The translations under genes were made by a program, and so were the position numbers. From the NCBI GenBank assembly GCA_030586555.1, contig JAURAC010000040.1, positions 1 to 13,006 of the forward strand: a stretch of DNA of 13,006 bases, written 5' to 3'. Below the pieces are notes generated by a model that was not told the DNA's origin, searched no databases, and saw nothing but the letters and a program-made list of their open reading frames with translations. Of the stretch, positions 6,395-13,006 are shown one piece after another (the stretch's first letter is position 1; each line of letters begins with the position of its first letter). Source of the DNA: Candidatus Subterrananammoxibius californiae (GTDB lineage: Bacteria; Planctomycetota; Brocadiia; Brocadiales; Subterrananammoxibiaceae).

Positions 6395-8109
6395 TATTTA
6401 TATTGTTTTTTGAATGCTTTAATTAAGGCATTCGTAGTTGATTTTTTATAAATTTCTTTAGGGTCATCAATATTAATTCCAGAGCTATCTATAATTTCAA
6501 GTGCATATTTAAAATTTTTCAAACATTTCTCTTCCTCCTTGATAATCTTTGAAATTTCATCGCAATAAGCTTTGTTTTTCTTGTCATGTGGTTCTAATTT
6601 TTCAGATGGTTCTGTTGTTTTCCTGAAAAGCATAAATATATGGTACCTTGCTTTGTTATATTTTCTTTCTATTTTTTTAGAAGTTAACAACTTCTTAAAA
6701 GTAAATTGTGTCAAGGCACTTAAATAATATGGTTCATATTGATGCTCCTTATTAAATATACTACTTTTCCTGTCTTTGTATACTTTTCCAAAATATCCAG
6801 ATACAACATGGGGCTCTTCAAGGAACATTGCAACATATGATTTAATCTGTTCTCTTATATCAACAATAGATTTCTTCTTTATGTTAGGGTCAAATGAATA
6901 TTGTGACTTTCTTCTCTCATAATACAAACCGTCGCCCATATGCTTATAAAATTCCTCTAAATTTTTCTGGAAAGAAGTTAAAGCCAATAATTGTTCTTCT
7001 TTTATTTCTGTTTGATTATTAGTTGAAACAATTATTCTGTCTCGTATGTCAGGATCTTCAGTAATTATAAGTTTAACTGGTATAAATAAATCATCAATAC
7101 CTTGCAAATCTTTATTTAGAAATAATACATTTGATGTCTGACAACCATTTACAACTTGAGAACTTGTTAAAATAAATTTATCCCCTCTCCCTTTATTATC
7201 TTCAGCAATAATTGTTATACCATTATTTAGTAATTGAAATAAACTAAACTGTTTATCTTGTATTGTTTTATTTATCTTATCATTTACTTCCTCATCTACC
7301 CCAAGAAAATCCCTGACATTATCATAAAATAATGGTTTGAGCTTACCTGTATCTTTATCAACAATTATTTTCTTATACTCGCTAAATGGCAATATCCCAA
7401 TATAAGATTCCTTAACATTACTAATATCATTAAGTGCAATTTTATGAGAAAAGATGAATTCTGCATCAAAAGGTTGGTTTGCTTTATCATACAACTTTCT
7501 TAATCTTTCATTATCAACAGGAACAAATTCAACGCTATCACCTTTACTATCTTTGAAATAACTTGTACTTTTCAATAATTTTTTTTTAATTTCTATAGTA
7601 GTTGCACAAGTGGTTGTATTACTCCAAGCTCCGGTAGAGCAATAATATAATTTACAATTAAAAACTTTCAGATAAGAAAGTAATTTCAATATTTCGAGAA
7701 AAATATTATGATATTCAAGGGATTCTGTGGTAAGAGGGTATTGTGGTTTCTCAGATAAGAAATCAATTACAGTGTCACAAAAATTGGCTATTTCACTATC
7801 ATCAAACTTTGACGAGGTCTTAGATTGAAAAAAATGAACCGTGGCATCGAAAGTTTTTTTTGCTACTTTTAAGTCTTCTATTTCTTGAATAGATTTAACA
7901 ATATTCCCGTCAATAGAGAAACATATGCCATCAATTCCTTTATTTTTACCAACACCAATTTGATCTAAATCATTGTCATCCAAAAATGATAATTCGTTTT
8001 TTAAGATTGCATAATGACAAAACTTTTCAAAATTGGTTTCTTTTGCACTTTCATCCAAATCAAATTCTTCGACGAATCTTTTAAGATATCCCTCAATAAT
8101 AATATCCAT
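6394..8109 (-). CDS. AIPR family protein (abortive infection phage resistance domain)
   Basis: GIDG and FQSK in the N-terminal region; LFYDNVRDFLG, FQLLNNGITII, QVVNGCQTS and STNNQT AIPR motifs; visibly more AT-rich than the flanking genes. Confidence 0.9.
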   Translation of the reverse strand: MDIIIEGYLKRFVEEFDLDESAKETNFEKFCHYAILKNELSFLDDNDLDQIGVGKNKGIDGICFSIDGNIVKSIQEIEDLKVAKKTFDATVHFFQSKTSSKFDDSEIANFCDTVIDFLSEKPQYPLTTESLEYHNIFLEILKLLSYLKVFNCKLYYCSTGAWSNTTTCATTIEIKKKLLKSTSYFKDSKGDSVEFVPVDNERLRKLYDKANQPFDAEFIFSHKIALNDISNVKESYIGILPFSEYKKIIVDKDTGKLKPLFYDNVRDFLGVDEEVNDKINKTIQDKQFSLFQLLNNGITIIAEDNKGRGDKFILTSSQVVNGCQTSNVLFLNKDLQGIDDLFIPVKLIITEDPDIRDRIIVSTNNQTEIKEEQLLALTSFQKNLEEFYKHMGDGLYYERRKSQYSFDPNIKKKSIVDIREQIKSYVAMFLEEPHVVSGYFGKVYKDRKSSIFNKEHQYEPYYLSALTQFTFKKLLTSKKIERKYNKARYHIFMLFRKTTEPSEKLEPHDKKNKAYCDEISKIIKEEEKCLKNFKYALEIIDSSGINIDDPKEIYKKSTTNALIKAFKKQYK

Positions 8110-8111
8110 CG

Positions 8112-9698
8112 TTAAATCCTTTTTAAATGGAAAATTATCTCTGAATAAGCACCTTTATCTTTCTCGGTGCGATTTAATACTGGCCGCTTATATTGATTCA
8201 CGATTTGCATTCCTGCGTTCTCGGCAATGGTCGGATATATATTGTATTTATCGTTTGCAACAAAGAAGATGTCGTAGTCATTAACTAAAAACTTTTTGCA
8301 GTTATTGAGAACTGCTACCAACCCCTGAATGTAGCTTTGTTTTGCTTCTCTGCCTTGTCCTTTATAGAGTGGCCCTATTTCTAATTCATCTCTTCGTTCA
8401 AATCCGAGCAGGTCATACGCATAGGCATGTTGTTCGTGGTAGTCAATTAAACCAACATAAGGTGGCGATGAGAAAATTCCTTTGATTCGCTGCTTTCTTG
8501 CTAATTCTGCGAAGACAGGATTTTTCTTTTCAAGTTCTTGAAAAATGTCAATAGTCCTGCTATCGCCTGTCAGACAAACTTGAACAGTTTGTGTTCTCAA
8601 TTTGTCGAATTGAGAAAGCCGTTTTACAGTGTCTTTTGTATATGTCTCCCACCATTTGAGAATAGAGAAAAGTGGTTTGCAAACTTTACCGTGCTTTGCG
8701 CAATAGTAAGTTTCCGTTATCGGCTCAAGTAGTGTTGCAAGGTCTGCATGAGTTGTTGCTCTGCAAGAACGAATTGTCCGACTTAAAATAATGCTGATGA
8801 TTTCCTTTGTTTCTTGGCTTTTGATTTTCTTGATCTCTTCAAAAACAAATTCAATTTCATCCCTGATATGCTGCAAATACCACTTATCAAGGAAGGTATC
8901 TAATTTATCCCGACGAAATTTGATATCGTATTTCTTTACAAGTTTCTCGTAAATCGGTAAGAACTCTTTTGCTTTTGCCTCTCCATATTCGTCCTCATTT
9001 ATTTCACCTCGCTTGACCTTGTATTTGTATTCTGGAACAGGGAAGTAATTATTGTTGAAGTCATAGAGTGCTTGCAAGAGTTTTTCTTCAAACTCAAGGG
9101 TGTGTGAGTTGGACAAAAACTCTTTTAGCGCTTTTGTTATTCTTATGATTTCGGTACGAACGTCAACAAGGTTATATTTTATAACCTTACAATTGCTAAT
9201 CATTGCATTAAACTCAGAAATATCAATACCAATAGCATGCATTCCGAGTTCGTTTGCTTGCACCATTGTTGTTCCACTTCCTGAAAAAGGGTCAAGTACG
9301 ATGTCGCCTTTTTTGAAGTAAACCTCTTTTTTGAAATTGTCAGTGTGACTGTCAAGAAAATACTCGACAAGCTGCGGAATGAATTTGCCTTTATATGGAT
9401 GCAGTCGGTGAACGTGTTTGGTTGTTTCCGCTTCTTTGTATTGGTCAAAAGACAATGCCCAGTTTAAGTCTTCGCCTAACTGGTCTTTCCAAGAAATTTC
9501 ACGGTTACCTTTGTAGGACTTATAGTAGGCGATGAGTTCCATCTTTGAAACCTTGGGCGTGCCGTTATCTCCAATCTTCTTAATTCGTCCATACTGAATA
9601 AGGTAAGATATATTTGAAGTGGTAACATTTTTCTTCAAGTAGTTGCTTGCCCACTCACTGGCTTCTTTTATAGTCAATAGCTTGTCTGTCTCAATCAT
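8112..9698 (-). CDS. Amino-DNA methyltransferase (likely m4C, alpha motif order) with an N-terminal HTH; probable cognate of the TdeIII-family REase
   Basis: HRLHPYKGKFIPQL; motif I DPFSGSGTT precedes motif IV SSPPY; N-terminal LLTIKEASEWA...ISYLIQYGRI is HTH-like. Confidence 0.9.
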   Translation of the reverse strand: MIETDKLLTIKEASEWASNYLKKNVTTSNISYLIQYGRIKKIGDNGTPKVSKMELIAYYKSYKGNREISWKDQLGEDLNWALSFDQYKEAETTKHVHRLHPYKGKFIPQLVEYFLDSHTDNFKKEVYFKKGDIVLDPFSGSGTTMVQANELGMHAIGIDISEFNAMISNCKVIKYNLVDVRTEIIRITKALKEFLSNSHTLEFEEKLLQALYDFNNNYFPVPEYKYKVKRGEINEDEYGEAKAKEFLPIYEKLVKKYDIKFRRDKLDTFLDKWYLQHIRDEIEFVFEEIKKIKSQETKEIISIILSRTIRSCRATTHADLATLLEPITETYYCAKHGKVCKPLFSILKWWETYTKDTVKRLSQFDKLRTQTVQVCLTGDSRTIDIFQELEKKNPVFAELARKQRIKGIFSSPPYVGLIDYHEQHAYAYDLLGFERRDELEIGPLYKGQGREAKQSYIQGLVAVLNNCKKFLVNDYDIFFVANDKYNIYPTIAENAGMQIVNQYKRPVLNRTEKDKGAYSEIIFHLKRI

Positions 9699-10095
9699 TT
9701 ATGTCTCTTTCCCATGCATCCCTGAAACGGTTGGGCCACTTACCAGGGTAACAATTCTTTTTATGCCATATATATTCTTCTGTCCACAACCAACCCTGTT
9801 TCCTCATCTCAAGTATTAGCTCTATCACATAGGTGTGCCTTTCTCCGTTAACAGCTTTCTCTTTTATATTCAAAATGAAAGACCCATCTGGTTTTAATGC
9901 CCTTTTTAATTCCTTACTAATCGGCAAAAACCATTCTACATATTTATCAGGATGAATACCGCCGTAGCTTTTTTTTTTACAATCTGCATAAGGTGGCGAT
10001 GTTACAATGAGATTGATACAATTATCAGGAATTGTGGGTAAGACTTCTTTCACATCTCCGCAGATTATTTTGTTGATTGGTAATTTCATAACCAC
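9691..10095 (-). pseudogene. Truncated beta-class N6/N4 DNA methyltransferase (N-terminal part only)
   Basis: IICGD, LIVTSPPYA, LKPDGSFILNI, YIWHK and RFRDAWER, then an abrupt end at 134 aa with no SAM-binding FxGxG motif; overlaps the next MTase by 8 nt. Confidence 0.75.
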
Positions 10096-10112
10096 TTAGT
10101 TTATGCAAAGAA

Positions 10113-10193
<81 letters not shown>

Positions 10194-10222
10194 TCCCTTA
10201 CCTCTATTCTCTTCCCATGCAA

Positions 10223-10284
10223 ATTTGAACCTCCGACCTTCCGCCTCAGGCGGACGCAGCTAAACTGAGCTGCACTACGCCCCG
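10223..10284 (-). pseudogene. Degenerate tRNA-Pro duplicate; anticodon arm replaced by a TCCGCC-TGA-GGCGGA palindrome, 3' end missing
   Basis: Minus strand CGGGGCGTAGTGCAGCTCAGTTTAGCTGCG-TCCGCCTGAGGCGGA-AGGTCGGAGGTTCAAAT aligns to the adjacent tRNA except for the anticodon arm. Confidence 0.85.
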
Positions 10285-10330
10285 ATAATCGAAGACTCGT
10301 GCTGTTTTTGGCACGATGCTGGGTTTTGTC

Positions 10331-10358
10331 ATTATATTATACACGAAATTAATAGCAA
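10331..10358 (-). promoter_or_regulatory. Putative sigma-70 promoter for the tRNA locus
   Basis: TTGCTA (10358-10353), 16-bp spacer, TATAAT (10336-10331). Confidence 0.65.
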
Positions 10359-10470
10359 GGAAAATTTATGAGAAGCACGCCTGTAAAAGCGGAAGGTTGA
10401 GACGGGGCAATTCCAGGTCGCTCTTTATTGGTAGGGCACAACCTGGTGAGTTCGAGGAAGGTATGAGGTG

Positions 10471-10893
10471 TCAAGCATACTGTGGTATTGCATCAGCGGC
10501 ATTATTCTTCTGGTTGGAGTTCTCTATCATTTCTTTCCACGTATCCCTCAGTTCAGTCAGCATATTTATGACTTCGTCAATTTCCGCCGAATATTTGTTT
10601 GTCATGTCAATACCTATTAGCTTATCCATCATGTAATCGTATAACCGATAAAGATTTTGAGCAATGGTGCCGCACTTCATATTCAATGACGCTGACAATT
10701 CATAGATTACATCCTGAGCATTTGCTTTATACCTGAATGCCTCTTTAAACAAAGACCTCGATGCCTTATCCTTTGAAGTGTTCAGGTATCTTATAGCCCC
10801 GTCAAACAGCATTAATATTAATATGCCGGGGGTTGCGGATTCTATCTGTCTTAAAAGATATTTCTTAAATGGATGTTCTATGTGCATTTTCAA
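10471..10893 (-). CDS. fliS: Flagellin export chaperone FliS (start may be the ATG at 10887)
   Basis: IESATPGILILMLFDGAIRYL, ELSASLN, IAQNLYRLYDYM and ELRDTW motifs; directly downstream of the flagellins. Confidence 0.92.
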   Translation of the reverse strand: MKMHIEHPFKKYLLRQIESATPGILILMLFDGAIRYLNTSKDKASRSLFKEAFRYKANAQDVIYELSASLNMKCGTIAQNLYRLYDYMMDKLIGIDMTNKYSAEIDEVINMLTELRDTWKEMIENSNQKNNAADAIPQYA

Positions 10894-10931
10894 CTCGCTT
10901 TTTTTAAAAAGGGCAGAGGCGAAAATTTTTA

Positions 10932-11807
10932 CTATCGTCCTAAAAGCTGCAACACCATCTGAGGCATCACATTTGCCTGTGCAAGCATAGCAATTGTTGC
11001 CTGTGACCGTATCTGGAGTTTATTTGTTTCCATAGCCTCAAAGAGGGTGTCAGCATCCCTAATTCTTGTTAATGCCGATTCAGTGTTTGTCTGCTCAATG
11101 GCAAGCGCATCTGTTCGTGCTTTTAGACCCTTATTCTTTGCCCCGATTTCTGTAATCGCATTGTTAACGTAGGTAATAGCGTTGTTTACAGCGGCAATGA
11201 TATTTGACGCTTCCGATATAGTAGATATGCCTGTGCTTACGAGACTTGACAGTCCGAGGGAAGAAATGGTAAAATCACCCTCCCTTTTTAAGCCGCCAAA
11301 GGTGGAGAATCCAACGGTCGTAAGGTCATTAACGCCGACACCTGTTCTAAATGTTAAGAGGCCCGAACCCGTCGTAGAATACGTTCCGCTAAGCAGCTTT
11401 GCATTGTTAAACTCTGTATCCTCTGCTACATCATTAATACTCGCGCCGAGCGCTTTAATTGCGTTGCCAAGGCTTATTCTTTCTGTCGTGCCAATACTGC
11501 CATCAGCCGCCTCAAGGGCTTTGTCCTTCATTTCTCGCAGGGTATCAACAATGGCATTCAAGCCGCCTTCAACCACATGGAGCATATCCCTTGCCTGATT
11601 GATACTTTTCTGTACTGTTGCAAGGTTAGAGACCCTTATGGTCATGTTTTTTGCCATTACGAAGGATGCGGGGTCATCCGACGCCATGTTAACACGCAAA
11701 CCAGTGGTGATTCTCTGTTGGTGGTTGGCAAGAACTTCGGTTGAAAATGTCAAATTAAAGTAAGCCCTTAATGCGGCAATATTGGTATTTATTCTCCCTA
11801 TGCCCAT
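10932..11807 (-). CDS. fliC: Flagellin (short type)
   Basis: RINTNIAAL, TTGLRVNMASDDPA, TEFNNAKLL, RIRDAD and AMLAQAN..PQMVLQLL. Confidence 0.95.
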   Translation of the reverse strand: MGIGRINTNIAALRAYFNLTFSTEVLANHQQRITTGLRVNMASDDPASFVMAKNMTIRVSNLATVQKSINQARDMLHVVEGGLNAIVDTLREMKDKALEAADGSIGTTERISLGNAIKALGASINDVAEDTEFNNAKLLSGTYSTTGSGLLTFRTGVGVNDLTTVGFSTFGGLKREGDFTISSLGLSSLVSTGISTISEASNIIAAVNNAITYVNNAITEIGAKNKGLKARTDALAIEQTNTESALTRIRDADTLFEAMETNKLQIRSQATIAMLAQANVMPQMVLQLLGR

Positions 11808-11884
11808 TTCTGTCTCCCAGACCTCCCGCCTTGTGCGGTGTTGAAATTTTAATCAGCGTGGTTTATTTCTTGACGTAAAATTTA

Positions 11885-12757
11885 CTATCTACCTAAGAGT
11901 TGAAGGACCATTTGAGGCAGTGTATTAGCCTGCGCCAGCATTGCAATGGTAGCCTGTGACCTGATTTGAAGCTTACTGGTTTCCATTGCCTCAAATAGGG
12001 TGTCAGCATCCCTAATCCTGCTCAAGGCAGATTCCGTGTTCGTTTGTTCCACGGAAAGTGCGCTCAGTCGAGCCCCCAAGCCTTTACTTTCAGCACCAAT
12101 CTCGGTAATGGCTGCATTGACGTATGAAATTGCACCATTGACTGCCGCAATAAGCGTGGATGCGTTATCAATTGATGTTAGGTCGGCATTGACAACAGTG
12201 TCAAGACCCAGAGAAGAAAGGGTAAAATCGCCGGGATTTACAAGTCCTCCAAAAGTGCTAAAGTTCACCGTGGTGAAGTCTGCAACGCCTACGCCTGTTC
12301 TAAACGTTAGTATATTTGAAGTATCGTCATAAGTCCCGTTAAGTAATTTGATATTGTTCCATTCCGTATTCTGGGCAATGTCATCAACACTATCTCCCAG
12401 AGCCTTGATGGCATTACCAATACTTTGCCTCTCTGTTGTGCCAACACTGCCATCCGCAGCCTCAAGCGCCTTATCCTTCATCTCACGCAACAAGTCCACT
12501 ATTGCATTTAGACCGCCTTCTACCACACCAAGCATATCCTTTGCCTGGCCAATGCTTTTCTGGACAGTGGCAAGGTTGGAAACCCGTGTGCCCATGGTCT
12601 TGGACATGACAAATGCAGCAGGGTCGTCAGAAGCCAACGTCACGCGGTGACCGGTGGTTAGTTTTTGTTGATGGGCGGCAAGTTCTTCCGTAGCATTTGT
12701 TAAATTGTAGTACGCCTTCAATGCTGCTATATTGGTGTTTATTCTTCCAAGACTCAT
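11885..12757 (-). CDS. fliC: Flagellin (short type), paralogue of 10932-11807
   Basis: RINTNIAAL, ASDDPA, RIRDAD and AMLAQANTLPQMVLQLL; AAGGAGG RBS. Confidence 0.95.
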   Translation of the reverse strand: MSLGRINTNIAALKAYYNLTNATEELAAHQQKLTTGHRVTLASDDPAAFVMSKTMGTRVSNLATVQKSIGQAKDMLGVVEGGLNAIVDLLREMKDKALEAADGSVGTTERQSIGNAIKALGDSVDDIAQNTEWNNIKLLNGTYDDTSNILTFRTGVGVADFTTVNFSTFGGLVNPGDFTLSSLGLDTVVNADLTSIDNASTLIAAVNGAISYVNAAITEIGAESKGLGARLSALSVEQTNTESALSRIRDADTLFEAMETSKLQIRSQATIAMLAQANTLPQMVLQLLGR

Positions 12758-12830
12758 TTTCGTCCCTCCTTAGATTTTATCCTTAAACACTTCTTATAAT
12801 TGTCCCTTTATTAGACTGTCTGTGGTTTGC

Positions 12831-12845
12831 GCAAACAAAGTGCCA
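12831..12845 (-). promoter_or_regulatory. Sigma-54 (-24/-12) promoter of the flagellin genes
   Basis: Minus strand TGGCAC-TTTGT-TTGC with exact GG-N10-GC spacing, 73 bp upstream of the flagellin ATG. Confidence 0.8.
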
Positions 12846-13006
12846 AATAGTTTACGTGGTTGTTTTGTACGATAAGACATGTATCTTAGTGTTTATGTAA
12901 CAGTATGTTATGGTGCAGCATACCTAACTCTATGGATGTGCATCTGGTGGGCTGGAAGGGTTTTATGAAGATGTATATTTCCACATCTGTGGGAAGTATT
13001 TTCCTT

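Noticed and set aside
7579..7587. T9 homopolymer in AIPR as a phase-variation tract
   Set aside because: Expected by chance in a very AT-rich, Lys-rich gene, and the frame is intact.
3983..9448. Alternative-frame minus ORFs 3983-4168 and 9200-9448
   Set aside because: They are nested in doxX and the MTase in another frame, with no supporting features.
10223..10284. Functional second tRNA (TGA 'anticodon') or attL/attR site
   Set aside because: It lacks the 3' T-stem and acceptor strands and CCA, and the loop is 3 nt. It duplicates the 5' part upstream of the gene rather than the 3' end across the islet.
10309..10324. Plus-strand TGGCAC as a sigma-54 promoter
   Set aside because: There is no GC at the -12 position and no credible downstream plus-strand gene.
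11850..11880. Sigma-28 promoter for the second flagellin (GCTGATTA resembling GCCGATAA)
   Set aside because: It has two mismatches in the -10 box and no correctly spaced TAAA -35, which is too weak to call.

Overview
A bacterial chromosome segment in which every supported gene is on the minus strand. In transcription order (right to left) it carries: two tandem short flagellins and fliS behind a sigma-54 promoter; a decayed tRNA-Pro copy and an intact tRNA-Pro(TGG); a tRNA-adjacent defence cassette (truncated beta-class MTase, HTH-fused N4/N6 MTase, AIPR protein, TdeIII/MjaII-family endonuclease); small accessory genes (hypothetical, orphan YgiT-type zinc finger, secreted Cys/His protein, DoxX); a stand-alone dihydrolipoamide dehydrogenase; and a four-subunit pyruvate:ferredoxin oxidoreductase operon (gamma-delta-alpha-beta, beta cut by the window edge) with a perfect sigma-70 promoter. 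The most striking signal is a set of at least four distinct families of short palindromic (REP-like) elements. They occur intergenically, in frame inside conserved enzymes (two in lpdA, one composite element forming the PorA N-terminus), and in place of the anticodon arm of a duplicated tRNA. The repeat types resemble those I associate with anammox Planctomycetota (Ca. Brocadiales), but that assignment is inference only.
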